Shown piece by piece: positions 43,207-58,719 of a DNA stretch of 64,000 nt (positions are counted from its first letter, which is position 1; each line of letters starts with the position of its first letter). The notes beneath the pieces were generated by a model, which was given only the letters and a program-made list of their open reading frames with translations, did no database searches and had not been told where the DNA came from. This DNA is from Eledone cirrhosa. Lineage: Eukaryota. The DNA lies in the NCBI GenBank assembly GCA_964016885.1, contig OZ024740.1, positions 167,214,001-167,278,000 of the forward strand. Direction: 5' to 3'. Position numbers and translations under genes: made by a program.

Positions 43207-44640
43207 AATATAAGATCAAAAGATGGTTAAAAGAATTCCAAGTATTTTATTATGCGCATTTCAAAAACAAATATCATCATGGGATAATATTTGCGTTCTC
43301 ATAAGATAAAATAGGGAAACATGATATGAAGCTAAAAAAACACTTGTGAGCAGTGAAGTTTTAAATCAACATATGAAAAATAAAGTAAGATGGGTATATG
43401 AGATTTGGAAAAAAAAAGGGGGGGGTAGGAAATGGTAAGGGAGAGCAAGAAAGAAAATAAAGGATGAAGTGGGAGGAGTATAGGAAGGAAGTATGAGAGA
43501 GGAGGAGAAATGAGTGATAGAGAGAGAGAAAAAACATTGTTTCACAGAGAGAAATTAAAAAAACGTTGGAAGATAATAGATAATTTAAAAAGATTTTGAA
43601 ATTAAAAGTTAATGAGATTTATGGATGTTGATGTTTATGATTAAAGAAAAAGGAATTATGGCGAAATATGGGCGAAAAAAAATGTATTAATATGTATTAT
43701 TAAAATTAAAATATTAATGATATTAAGGATATAATGTGAAAGAAGGAGAAAAATAAATGAATTGTGAACTTAGAGGAATTAGTTAGGGTTTAAGTTTGTT
43801 TTTATGTATTGTAATATGTAAAAGTAAATAATAGGTTTAAAACAAGCACGGAAGGAGAGAAGAAAAAAGAAAATTTAAGGAAGAAAAAATATCTAATGTC
43901 AAAAGGTATATATGTTTACAAAAATCTCCTAATGGTAATATTATTATGTATTAAAAAATATAAATTCTATGGCCAAATGGAAAAATGGAAAAATGGAAAA
44001 TGCTGTAGTGAGTAATAATAAGAATTGAGAAGTAATTGGGAAGTAAAAGTTACAGATTAAAGATTATAAATTAAAAAAGAAAAAAGGGAAGAAAAGAAAA
44101 GGATAAAAGAGGGGACCTTTAACGATATAGAATGAGTAAATTGTATAATATACTGGAATAATGTAGAAAGATGGGTATAATTTTAATAGATATAAAAGCC
44201 TTTGAGAAAAAGATTTTAAACTAATTATATTGAGATATTAGCTGTATACTTTATGGAAAGTTCTATGCGATTTATGCAAGAAGAGCGAGAATAAATCCGT
44301 ATGTCTATTTATTATGGAATTAAAATTAGATATAATGGTAAATTTCTCGGCTAGGCAGAGATTACATGTTCTGGATAGGGAAGAATCCTGGTAAGGAAAG
44401 ACGTTGCAAACCTTCCTCCAAGAGATGTTATAGTTAATATGTTTGTCTTTTAAGGACCATATGAGTTCCGAGAGTGCCGTGTTAGTTCTTTTGAGTTGGT
44501 ATTTAAACTACGATTTGTGATTATAAAATCTTGCATTTTATATTATTTATGCTCCAGTCCTATAAACTGTGGAGTGCTACTTATCCGATATTTGCATTGC
44601 TTTATTGTTGCTACAATAAAACTCACCTCCTACATTATGT
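43207..44640 (-). mobile_element. Naiad-like PLE 3' fragment: endonuclease C-terminus 44270-44510 (-), UTR, HHR; inverted tail 44520-44640 (+)
   Basis: TALSELIWSL(K)DKHINYNISWRKVCNVFPYQDSSLSRTCNLCLAEKFTII...INRHTDLF. The tail has GCTCC..GGAGTGC. Confidence 0.85.
43244..43312 (-). ncRNA. Type I HHR with mutated core (CUUAUGA)
   Basis: auuuuau CUUAUGA gaacgcaaauauuauc-ccau-gaugauauuuguuuuu GAAA ugcgca UA auaaaau. 7-bp stem I, palindromic stem III. Confidence 0.75.
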
Positions 44641-44805
44641 ATATATATATATTTAAAAGTTAAACAAAGTTCAATGAATACATCAAAGAATGAGTTTTAC
44701 AATAGATTTGAAGCACTCAACTGTAAAGCTTTTCCAGAGCTATTAATATTAATTCAAAATATTAACAAAATAGATATTCTTGTGATCAATTATATTTTAT
44801 TATAC

Positions 44806-44930
<125 letters not shown>

Positions 44931-45006
44931 CAAGCAAATTATAAACGTAAACATGTATGTTTTTGAAACGGGGCGCGAGTTTGAAATTAGAAATTAGAAA
45001 TTATAA

Positions 45007-45204
45007 GCTTTCACCGTATTTTAGACTAAAGACATTTCTAGCCTGATAGTGGGGTTTATAACCCTCGGAGAAATGGAAAAAGATGAGTGTTGCCGTATAT
45101 GGGCAACACGTATGTACGGCAATACTCATCTTTTTCCATTTCTCCGAGGGTTATAAACCCCACTATCAGGCTAGAAATTTCTTTAGTCTAAAATACGGTG
45201 CAAG
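45007..45204. repeat. ~95-bp-arm inverted repeat next to (TA)n
   Basis: caccgtattttagactaaag...gttgccgta / tacggcaat...ctttagtctaaaatacggtg. No convincing HHR. Confidence 0.85.
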
Positions 45205-45254
45205 CATATTTATATATATATATATATATGTATATACATGTGTGTGTATATATA

Positions 45255-45294
<40 letters not shown>

Positions 45295-47365
45295 CATTTA
45301 CATTTTTACATATAAATACGATGCCTGCATGTATGTACATAATATAGTATTTAAGTTTATAAATTGCATCTAGCAAGTGATAGATTAATATATGATCTAA
45401 TATATTTACAGTTCATTTATCTCAATACCTTGTATGAATATTCGTAGTTCTATTTCTTGTTACGCTTCATTTTGAAAGAAAGGAAACAAAAGCAACGGGA
45501 AATTTCCGTCTCCTCTCTCTGACTCTATTTAAGAGAATCAATCTGATATATGTGACCCTTGTGAGTTTAAGTTATAAATTCAATATTTTTGATAGAATAT
45601 ATTTCAGTTAGACATTAGAATGATTTGAGTGATAGATAGATAGGTAAATAGATAAACAGATAGATAGAAAGACTAATGCATTTGTTTTCTGGACCAGTGC
45701 CACTTTAAACTATCATGGACGAAAGACGTAAGAGAAATTGAATTATTTCTGTATAGTCTCTTGGGACATAGGTAAGTGTTATTTGGGAGTTCAGCCAGGC
45801 CTAGAAATAGAAAGTCCATTTCGCTTGGTGAAGATTTGTAATTTCACTGCTTTTTATTTAAACTTTAAAATTGTTTCGCTGTTATAGGTTAACTTGCATG
45901 AAAAGAATGTGATTACGTGTATGAACACTTTCACACTGATATACTTTGAATATACTTTTAGTTATTTTACAAAACATCTAAACTTTAGTATATTGAGCCA
46001 AAGGGTGAGTCTTAACTCAGTCTCACCACTTGCTAGTAGTAAGAGCCAAATCACTTTCTGGCCATATAATAACATCTTAAAAATGGAAAGAATGCGTTAG
46101 ATAATGTATTACAATTTATGTTTAAATAGACTCAATCTGTAAATTAGTGATGAAAACATCTGAGTATTAGCGAAGAATAGGCCTGCAGACCCGTCTACGT
46201 TCCTATTTTAGCAGAGCGGTCAAATTTCTTTATATCTCAATAATGTTTCTTTACATTGTCCTGCACATCAGAACTTGTCGTGCAATGGAACGATTTTGAC
46301 ACACGATGAAATAATATTGGTTAGATCAAAGAACAAGGTTTCCAACAGCCTCAAAATCTTCAAACGATTTCACCTTCTTGTGAAGGAAGGACTGAATGCT
46401 TTGCATGTATTAGGTGGAGTGACTACTGCGAATTATAAAGATTGAACTATGAGAGAGAGAGAACGAGAGAAATATTTAGAACGGTGGATAAGGAGAGATT
46501 AGGCTGTCATCAATATAAACTGCCAATTTGTGATTTTCATGAATATTCTACATAAAGACCATAGGCACCACCATGTTACAGAAATTGAACGTGGCTTCCT
46601 GGCGATCAAATCTACGGAAAAGTAGTGAACGACGTAAGCAAGCGGTAGTTGATAGAGTAATCCTGAACAAACGATGGTAGACCATATTTAAGTGGGTAAC
46701 TAGGTCAGACTGGATAGTCTATAGTAAAGAGCTAATGATGGAAATAAATATATCAAAGTGGCGAGAGGAGGTTACTGGACAAATTAGAAGAAGCGATTAT
46801 GAACATTTCTCTTGATAGTTCCTTCGATGCAAAAATAGAAGGTTTCCTTGCGGTGGCTATAGCTCACGTGCTAAGATACGAGAGAACGAATGTCGTTCAA
46901 TGTACCGAGTTTGCGGGGATATAAAGCGATATAAAGGTGGGTCAACAGCCTTGCTTCTTAGGTGAGAGTCCTTATGAATTTAAATCAATCGAGAGCTTTC
47001 AATATGGTCTACCATCGCTGCATGGCGAATGTTTTCGAGCCTTGATTTCGACCATATATAGAGTGATTGGATCGCTATAAAGTACAGCAGCATCTCCTTA
47101 TACAATAAAGAGAACGACTCCATATCTGAACAATTTAACATCCCTTTCTGAGTCCATCAACATGCGTCTTTCTCTCTCTCCCTTTCTCTATCTCTTCCCC
47201 TCGCTCTCTCTCTCTCTCTCTGTCTCTCTCTCTTTCTTTCTGGTAGCTGCTCTAAATCCTTTTCAGTAATGAGAATTCGCCGTGTCCCTTTAATCTGCCA
47301 TAGATATCGCAGCAGCAGGAGGAGAACCCCTACTACTACAACAACAAAAACTACTACTACTTCTG

Positions 47366-47417
<52 letters not shown>

Positions 47418-47628
47418 ATCTTTTTCTACAACTTCTGTTATCTTTAATTTTTTTTTCATAGTCATATACACATACATATTTATTTATGTATTTATTTACT
47501 TAAATCTTTATACATACATGTATTTTCCTTGCTAGTGTTTTGACATTCTGTCTCTGAATATCATGTGGCATCAACAGTAGCATTTATTCAGGCAATGCTA
47601 CCAACGCTATTTCCTTTGTTTACCATTT

Positions 47629-47769
<141 letters not shown>

Positions 47770-49841
47770 ATATATATAATTTTGGTGGAGGAGCGAGACC
47801 GATGAAAACTGTTGGTGTATTTTAGAGTCATATGTACTTTGAATTATTTCCCCCTTTAACACGTAAAGCTGTCCTTGGTGTGTTCTATACACAGGTGAAA
47901 GCTATATTAACTGAACTGTTTTCTTAATTTACTCATACATTCATTCCTTCAGAAACCTTATTCTGTTTTTCAGCACTCTCTGTCTCTTTCTCTCTGTGTA
48001 TATATAATGACGATAAACATCTGTATTACAGAGGTTATGAAGATGTCTCACAAGTATGTGAACAAAACATAAACTATGTACCCAAGGAAGCAAAGAAGAC
48101 AGAGATTACAATCAGGTGTCTTGGCTTTCTGGATAATTGTTTTCTTCTTTTTTCTCTTTTGGTAAGCGCGTGTGGTCGGAGAAAGATTGCCAACAGATGC
48201 AAGTCAATGTCGTTTAAGTTGTTTTCTTTTTACATTCTACTTTGTAAGACCTTTCAGATTGTTGCTGTTAACTCATCATTCGTGCTTCATTACAAAGTTT
48301 GCATGGCTGCATATATGTTATAAACGACACAAAATAAATATGATTAAGTTCACATGTATATTAACAAGTATTGTCATTATATTTTTATATACGTTTTTCT
48401 TTATTTTGTGCCTTAGCTTTCGTTGGATAAATATCGTTGATAATTATAAATCATCCAGTATATTTATTTGCGTATATTTAATTGCAAGGAAGATATATTC
48501 TTAGACGCTCTAGGGTAACTGGCTACAAGTGTTGCTCTATCACGTTAGCTTCCGTAGATTCCAACTCTTGCCATTCAACCGTATATCTTTTATACGTGTT
48601 GCTTCAGTGCAGTTTATCATCAGTCATATACAAATGGAAATTCTACTGATTTTATTCCGTTTCTTCAAACTGCTAAAATAGCTGTCACATCACCTTCAAG
48701 ACACGCTTAAACATCTAAAAACACAGAACATACTTAGTCTGGAGTGTATTATTCCTGAAAACATTACGAGTTGGTACCAATTCAAAATTGCTCAATATAG
48801 GTATTTTAATTACTGCTAATCTTGATCTAAAAATCAACTGCAGCAACGAATTGTGCTCTTATACCATTATAAGCTATCTGCGTTCATATTAAATGTGAGG
48901 CATCGACATACGAAAAGGGTGGTTTGATATACTGTCTATAAAATTGACTCTACACTTTCTCACAAACTTATGATAGTAAAAATAACTAAATGTTTCATCA
49001 TAGCTCTGCTTGCCAAGGACTGCTTTGGAGATGAGTGACAAAAATATAGGGTTTGACCATAATTTCTTGGAAGCAACATTTAGCGAAGGAGATTCTGTTT
49101 CCAATTGCAGTTATATCACTAATCGACCTTATAAATGATATGACAATTTAATATCCTATTCTTATTCTTCTCATATCACTAAGGCTAATTTCCTATTATA
49201 CAGCAAAGTTCCTTAGAATTTCGTAGTCATATACTTTATCATACGAGAAATTGCAACAGTTGCTTGTATTCATATTTCTGTTTTGTAGTTGTTTATGTTT
49301 TCACTATTTTCAGTAATTAAGGACCAGAAATGTTAAACGGTAACCGATTATTATCAGAAGATGTTGTTAGCTTCTTAATCGACACATTCGTGAGATCAGG
49401 GAAAATGAAGTGGGATAAACACAACGCCTGAGAAAAAGAGTTGTTGTTCAAAGTTTGGCTCTCGGCGACAAATTATCACGAAACAAAAATATCAACAAAA
49501 TCTACGCCAACAAGTGCAGTTTTATCATAACAGCTTCATGTTAATTTTCAGGATTTCTTTCCACTACAACCAATCTTTCAATGTGAAGAATGTTAATAGA
49601 ATCTCCATACGAGTAAAATTATCTACAATTCAATATTTCGAGCTAAGTTAATGTGTTCTGGTTTAAAATTGAAATTCTTGGAGTACAAACATGATTTTAT
49701 ATTGTTATAACTAAGCGCATAAAGCATAACTATTTATATATTTTCTGAGATTACCTGCTAAATTCTCATCGTTGCGGATGCAAATATATTCATTTAAATC
49801 GATAATATCTATTTTTTTTACTGCTGCTCCTGCTGCTCCTG

Positions 49842-49905
<64 letters not shown>

Positions 49906-50399
49906 AATTATTATTACTACTACTGTTATTATTATCATTTTCATGTTATCGCCGTTATTATTTCTGAGGATGTTGTTACCAATGCAATGTAATGCTATAA
50001 AACTTCTAAAGAAATCAATAAAAGAAATCTTTAGCAATGAGGAAACTTTAAAAGAAATTGCCAAAAGGCGAGAGAAGGAAAACGAAGTTTCTATAAAATC
50101 TGCCATGTGATGATACATTGATCAAAGAGACGGTAAAGAAGCTTCCGGTTTACAAGAGTAGCACATCTCAGGTACAATGTGCTGTCAGGGCTAATACATT
50201 GAAGGAAGAGAAACAATAGGATCTATCGGTACTTATATAGATATATGAATTAAGCATGCAACGAGATATATAAAGCCACACAAAATCAAACATTGAACGC
50301 ATTAATGCACACACACAATTGTATTCACGCACACACACACGTGCGCGCACACATATAAATATATGTATGTATGTAAAAGGTAAACAGAAATAACAACAC

Positions 50400-50666
50400 A
50401 ATCGGTACAGTATATGGAAGGGATATATTAGGCTAACGCTTGATATAGCAGGAAGAGGTTCTTATCGTTTCGGACGCTAGTCCTTCATCAGAACAAAGAC
50501 TGAGAAATAAGATAGATTGAGGGCACGGGCGGGTTAGAATTGGAAAAAATGTCTTTAGATAAAAATAACAGGTCCGTTCATGTTGAGATCTCTTGGAAAA
50601 CTCTTGGTGTTGGCGTTTTGTGTATGATTTATTTTTTAGAAACGTGGATGATGGAGCGCGTCTACC

Positions 50667-50670
<4 letters not shown>
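50400..50670 (-). mobile_element. PLE 3' fragment with minimal HHR at 50458-50494
   Basis: guu CUGAUGA a ggac-uagc-gucc GAAA cga UA agaac. Upstream sequence weakly resembles a GIY-YIG C-terminus. Confidence 0.7.
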
Positions 50671-50711
<41 letters not shown>

Positions 50712-50715
<4 letters not shown>

Positions 50716-50975
50716 GTCAGAACCCCGACAGCTAGATCCGAGCGGTTCTAGCTGTCGACACAGCCAGAGGTCAGCTGTCGGGGTCCTGACTCTTTTCATA
50801 TTACCCACTATACTACCTTAATTATCGAGTGCGGTATAGTGCGTTATGGTCCATCTGGGATTTTACCACACCTTCTTTGTTACATATATATATATATATA
50901 TAACAAAGAAGGTGTGGTAAGATACAAGGTGGACCATAACGCATCGGAGTACTCGTAACTTAGGTTAGTATAGAG
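50712..50975. mobile_element. Family C: core-less HHR remnant 50716-50790 plus tail (+), and a second tail 50901-50975 (-) converging on one (TA)n
   Basis: gaacccc gacagctag..ctagctgtc GACA cagc-cagaggtca-gctg TC ggggtcc. The two tails are homologous. Confidence 0.7.
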
Positions 50976-51746
50976 AGAGTCGGTTTCTAACATAGATACA
51001 AGATTCTCTCATTGGAATTTACACAACAATTAGGTAGATATGTTTGCATTTTTGCATGCATGGGTGTGCAGGTAAGGATATTATAGTATGTGTGGATGTG
51101 TTTGCTTTGAGTTGTATGTGTGCATGTGCATATCCTTTGTATCTATACATGTGTATATGAAGTTATAAGATGGAGAATATTTGGAATGTTTTACATATTT
51201 TTACTGTTCCATTAATGTATTGTACTTGTAATTTCCTAACTAGTTGGTTTCTTTCTGTTTCTGTGAAGCCTAGCTTCTCAAGATTTGTATTGAGGCAGTT
51301 ACTAACATATCCCAGTGTATGTATGTGTGTATGTATACATATATATATATAGGGCAGAAGAACTCATAAGACTCAACGGCCATCCAAAAATATGGTTGTA
51401 CATGTGTATATATGTATGTTTGTCTGTACGTATGTATGTATGTATGTATGTATGTATGTATGTATGTATGTATGTATGTATGTATGTATGTATGTATGTA
51501 TGTATGTTTTTAAGTATGTATATATGTGTATGCATATATATGCATATGTATATGCAGGCTGGATACCCGATCGCGTGGTTAAACCACTGGGAGTGATGTT
51601 CCCCTCGCCTTTGTCAGGGCATTCTTGTAGGAGAGGGTAACTCAGGAAACTGGGATAACTCGGATATAAAACCTTCGGCTCAGTAGTTACCGATGGTGTT
51701 TTAGGGTTATACGTGTAGCTACTGTCGCTCAGATAGTTGGATTGCC

Positions 51747-51843
51747 TCTTCTTCTTCTTCTTCTTCTTCTTCTTCTTCTTTTTCTTGTTGTTGTTGTTGT
51801 TGTTCTTCTTCTTCTTCTTCTTCTTCTTCTCCTTCTTCTTCTT

Positions 51844-51874
<31 letters not shown>

Positions 51875-51906
51875 TTCTTCTTCTTTTTCTTCTTCTTCTT
51901 CTTTTT
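51747..51906. repeat. (TTC)n/(TTG)n microsatellite, probably the tail of the adjacent RTE fragment
   Basis: Direct reading. Confidence 0.9.
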
Positions 51907-51959
51907 TCCTTATTTGTTGTTCAACACGTCTACACTATGACTATCCTGTTTCCCTACTT

Positions 51960-52460
51960 AACCTGACAACTTAACGATCTACAAACATTAAAACAACACA
52001 GTGTCTACTACCAGTTGGTTTTGCACGTAAAATCTGTCCAGCGAAACTTTTCTGAGACATACTAATCTCAAGCCCACCGTATTGTATTTGTGATCTCTCA
52101 ATTTGGATAAGTAGCGGCTCTACCTGGTGTGAGTCTCGGATATCCGAGATACGCACTCTATCAAGTAACGTTACCCTAAAGACGTGTCGGTGGAAACCCA
52201 TTTCGGCCTCTTATATACGTGATTGTATACTTTCTGTCAATATCCAAGATTCATGACCATAGCTAAGGGTTCACACGAATACCGAACTGAAGATAGCGAG
52301 TTTGACTTTTACACTACCTCTCCTCTGATGATTACTGAATTCTGAAGCGGGCGCATTACTGCACCAGCTCCTGCAATACTTGCACTCAATTCAGCCTTGT
52401 GCTTTCCATTAGTCGTAAAGACGGCACCGATATACATGAACTTCTCTACCTGCTTCAGTG
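51960..52460 (-). mobile_element. Degenerate RTE (Expander/Rex3-like) RT C-terminal fragment
   Basis: LKQVEKFMYIGAVFT...IAGAGAVM...SYGHESWILTE...EMGFHRHVFRVTLLDRVRISDIRDSHQVEPLLIQIERSQI. Confidence 0.8.
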
Positions 52461-52669
52461 GAACTCCATTTACGGTGCACTGCGCAGTTTTCCTCGATAG
52501 TACGAGAGTCTCAGTTTCCGATCAGCGCTCGGCATGAAGCCTATCGAGTGCCGATCGAAATTATGTCGAGTTATGTAAGACCTTGTTGCCTGCATACCTA
52601 TACACACATATATATACATACACACACACATACTCACACCACCACCCCACACACACACACACACACACG

Positions 52670-52735
<66 letters not shown>

Positions 52736-52738
<3 letters not shown>

Positions 52739-53328
52739 GATATTAACAAATGGAAACTATATTTATAAAACCATATTTATTTCATTATACATATTTCAAG
52801 GAAACCAAGTTAAATTATGGTGTGCTTTCATTAGATAAAATATAATATAGATCAGTTTTATAAATAAATATTGACATACCCTTAAAGAATGCAACCATTA
52901 CTGTTGGAAGCTCCCGGATAGTCTCTCTATCTTTCTCTCTCTGTTGTTCTGCTCTTTTTCTATCTTTCCTTCTCTATCTTTCTCTTTCTTCGTAAACCAA
53001 CGGCTTATTTTAAAAATATCCAATACTAATAATATAATTAAAGCTACAACTCCACTATCCGGGAGCTTCCAACAGTAATGGTTGCATTATTTAAGGGTAT
53101 GTCAATATTTATTTATAAAACTGATCTATATTATATTTTATCTAATGAAAGCACACCATAATTTAACTTGGTGTCCTTGAAATATGTATAATGAAATAAA
53201 TATGGTTTTATAAATATAGTTTTCATTTGTTAATATCGTATTTTTACTCAAAATATTTGTTGAGTGCTTTATATCAGTTATAAAAATATTTGCTTGTTGT
53301 ATCCGAACAATTTAAATAGAACTTTTAC
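52736..53328 (+). mobile_element. Inverted pLTR pair, family B: arms 52736-52922 and 53054-53241, tail to 53328; HHR-like motifs at 52782-52838 (-) and 53138-53194 (+)
   Basis: uuau CUAAUGA aagc-acacca..uggugu-ccuu GAAA uaugua UA auga AAUAAA. Homologous to 25063-25488. Confidence 0.85.
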
Positions 53329-53341
53329 ATATATATATATA

Positions 53342-53417
<76 letters not shown>

Positions 53418-53963
53418 ACGTTAAATGATATTGGATTTCGTTAACCAAATCAGTGACCATTCATGTCAACACTTACTCTCTAAATGTAGCAACATGAACA
53501 CATTCGTATATAATATTTCGACGAAAACAATCATTTCATAAATGTTCATCCTGACAGGTGTTCTCATTCTCACAAGTGAAAAACAAAACATTATAATATG
53601 CTACACATGATACTATTTCCACGGATTTGGTCTACGTTTACACTAGTCGAAACATATATATTTACTAATATATTTATATATATATTCACTCGTTTCATAT
53701 TTACTGATATATATTTATGTATATGTAAATTACATGAAATATTATTCTCGTCCTATAAAATTTCTTGAAAGACTACTATAATGAAGCATTAAATGTAAAG
53801 AATTGATTTGTAATGTAAAACCAACAAAAGATATTTTAAAATAATAAGGTTAATGGAAATAATCCCTGAGGTAGTTTTATAAATATAAAGCTGGATATAC
53901 TCAATAGAAATGTATAACGTTTAATAGACATGGTAAAAAATAACACACTCACGTAAACAAAGA

Positions 53964-54024
<61 letters not shown>

Positions 54025-54031
<7 letters not shown>

Positions 54032-55249
54032 AATTAGTATATCTACCAACATGTATATACATATGTATACCTATGCAAGCAAATATATAGGTTTTGTCTT
54101 AGTAACTTTGTGGTTCAATGCAAGGGGATGCAGAACGATTATATGAAAAACGTAAAATAAGAAAATTATAGTAATTAGCTAATTACTATAATTTTCTTAT
54201 TTTACGTTTCTCATATAATCGTTCTGCATCCCCTTGCATTGAACCACAAATTTACTAAGACAAAACCTATATATTTGCTTGCATAGGTATACATCTGTAT
54301 ATATATGTTGGTAGATATACTAATTCTTTATAATTATCTCCAAATTATTTTGTTGAGCAAAAATTTGCCAAAATTACTACTATAGTTCATAGTAACAGCT
54401 TGGCTAATGTCTTTTTAACCCCCACTTCTCACTGATTAACCTCGATGTCACGTGATTGATTCTTTTGAATGTGCCACCGAACATGAAGGCAGTGATTTTT
54501 TCTGTGTCTTGGAATTTAGTCCCCGCTTGCTCTTTTCCATCCACTGAATTATTATTTCTGTATAAGTTCCCTGTGTCCGCGCATCGCCAGGTATCTTAGC
54601 TGAGAATGACTCCCTGGTGAAGAAAAGGTTTCTCCGTGATCTCCATTTGAAGACTATGTATATTCCCTTTCAGAAACTAATTAGTTGGAGTGAAATTTAA
54701 GTAAGTAAGCTAATTACTATAATTTTCTTACTTTACGTTTTTCATATAATCGTTCTGCATCCCTTGCATTGAACCACACAGTTACTAAGACAAAACCTAT
54801 ATATTTGCTTGCATATACATCTGTATATATATATGTTGGTGGATATACTAATTCTTTACAAGTATCTCCAAATTATTTTGTTGAGCAAACATTTGCCAAA
54901 ATTACTAGCTTGGCTAATGTCTTTTTAACACCCCACTCCTCACTGATTAACCTCGATGTCATGTGATTGATTCTTTCGAATTTGCACCGAACATGAAGGC
55001 AGTGATTTTTTCAGTGTCTTGGAATTTAGTCCCCTCTTGCTCTTTTCCATCCACTGAATTATTATTTTTGTATATGTTCCCTGTGTCCGCGCATCACCAG
55101 GTATCTTAGCTGAGAATGACTCCCTGGCGAAGAAAATGTTTCTCCGTGGTCTCCATTTGGAGACTATGTATATTCCCTTTCAGAAACTAATTAGTTGGAG
55201 TGAAATTTAAGTAAGTAAGCTAATTACTATAATTTTCTTATTTTACGTT

Positions 55250-55258
<9 letters not shown>
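54025..55258 (+). repeat. Spacer-less palindrome (54025-54332, centre 54178/54179) fused to tandem units of ~531 and ~510 bp (starts 54177, 54708, 55218), inside (TA)n
   Basis: agctaattactataattttctta recurs at all three starts, and the units are highly similar. Confidence 0.9.
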
Positions 55259-55335
<77 letters not shown>

Positions 55336-55789
55336 TTGTGTGTATGTGTGTGTGTGTGTGTACAATTATATATACATATATATACATATATATATATATG
55401 TGTGTGTGTGTGTATGTATAAAGTATTGTAAATTTCATTATTCATATTTACTTTTGTTCTGAGAAAACATCAAAGGTTTCGGTTTCAGTGTCTCAGGTTT
55501 AATTTTTTACCTTATTCTACTTATAATATAATTTTTTCATAGATTCGTTAAAGATACGAGATTCATGCCCTTTCATATTCTGTAAACAGAAGAACGTAGA
55601 GAGTAAATTGCGTAATGTTTCTCTCTGGATATATACATCCACGCCACAAATATAAATAATGCGTTCTCCCGTGTGCGTACGTGTCCATGCGTACGTGTGT
55701 GAGCATGAGAATATGTACATATGTATGTATTTATACATACATATATACATGATATTCATATGTACATATAACATGTGTATATATGTATG

Positions 55790-56995
<1,206 letters not shown>

Positions 56996-57016
56996 TATAT
57001 ATATATATAAATATAT

Positions 57017-58710
57017 AAGTTATAAGAATCAAAGTTCTGTTCAAATCAGTTATATGCTTACAATTATTTCCTACAAACCGAGGTTTGGATTCTTCGGAGT
57101 AATTTATTAATGAATGATCACATATATGACCTCCTTTTCAACCCAAGAGACATACAGATACATATGCATATATTGTTGCTTGGTGGGTCGACATCCATTA
57201 CAACATTTAGCGTGGCAGTATACATTTAAAGATTACATTCATATCAAAAGAGGATAAAATTAAAATTAATGTTAAAATACATCATGAAATTAATGCGATA
57301 GGAAAGTCAGAAGCAGTTAGTGTATGCAATAGTTACACGTGTGGCAAACACGTCTGTCTTATTTATATAATATTATTATAATATTATAGTGCGGCAGGGT
57401 GTTACATGTAATACAAGCACTTTAAGAGGGTAATCAAGAGTATCAAGGGGGCTGTACTGGTAATGTATTTTTTATATGGATGTTATAGAAGCTTGTGTGT
57501 AGAGAAATATTATAAATATTAAAAATATTAGAAATGTGTAGCAAAGCGATGATATGGTTTTCGTGTACAGCACCATTTTCACAGTCCGGAGAGCGTAATA
57601 TCTAGATTATATTCTCTTCACATATCCACGACGATTCAATATTGGACATTTGATGATTCTGTTAGAGTATCATAGTTTGTTGGTCTTTAGTCCGATATAG
57701 CAGGTTGTTTAAGTTGAGAGAATCAACATCGTATTATTTTCCGGAAGTGTGTGTGTGACTAAGGGGAGTTAATGCGTGAGGGGAGGTAACTCACTGATTT
57801 CTATAAACTAAACATTATCCTAATGTACATTAAATGGTGTCTCAAAAGAGTCCCTATCTTATATGGTTATAAACAGTTTCTAAAAAATTAAAAAATTTAA
57901 AGTGTCCTATCTATAATGTAGTCTATCAAGAAGTATTAAAGGTGTTCATATTAGGGTGATTATCCTCCATTACAGAGTGCCACAATTGAATATTTCACAC
58001 GAAGAACCAGATCTCCAAATCAATGATCATTGTAATTGTAGTCTACTCGTAGAACCTGGCAGGGTTATTATAGAATCACTTCTATATATAATAATTCCTG
58101 GTAAGCTCTGGGTGCATGTCAGATTGGATGTCAAAGTTAACTATCACTAGGGTAGACCAGAGGTCAATCCTCACTTACCATGTCACTAATCCGACCATCA
58201 ATTCATACATATATGTACAACTCATACGCCACTTGCATTTCATTCACTGCACTCAGCATATACGTTATATAGCTCATCAATGTTACTAAATTAATTAGTC
58301 TTCCAGTTATCCAACGATGACACGCCATCCGCAGAACTCCAACAGTATAATCAATTCAATGTTTACATTTTACATTAATTATATAGTGGTGTAATGTAGT
58401 TCAAGCAATTGAGGGCAGTCACACCGAAAGTAGATGTACAAAGAGGTATTTCCACTGCAAAGCGTTCTAGAGGGATGTCACTATTTGTGTTATATTGGAT
58501 CAATGAGTGTGGTGGTGTGGTATAAGGTGTGCCCTTGGGGTTTGATGCTAGAGGTGTTGCCTGGTTCAAGTCTGACATTGCTATATATTGGGTTTAAAGT
58601 TTTGGAAGGAATGTCGGAATCGGTGCTGGCAAGACGCGAACGCTCAGATTTTTTGTTAAGTAAGTTATGGTTAGAGAAGATAATAGTATGGGTCTCTAGT
58701 ATGCTGATCA
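57017..58710 (-). mobile_element. Decayed PLE 3' portion (linker, endonuclease relic, UTR, HHR)
   Basis: HHR near the TA junction. Weak GIY-YIG-like remnants at about 57800-58130. Back-to-back with the plus-strand RT. Confidence 0.45.
57055..57101 (-). ncRNA. Variant HHR (CCGAAGA core)
   Basis: uacu CCGAAGA auc-caaacc-uc-gguuug-uag GAAA uaauug UA agca. Confidence 0.65.
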
Positions 58711-58719
58711 AAGACCAAC

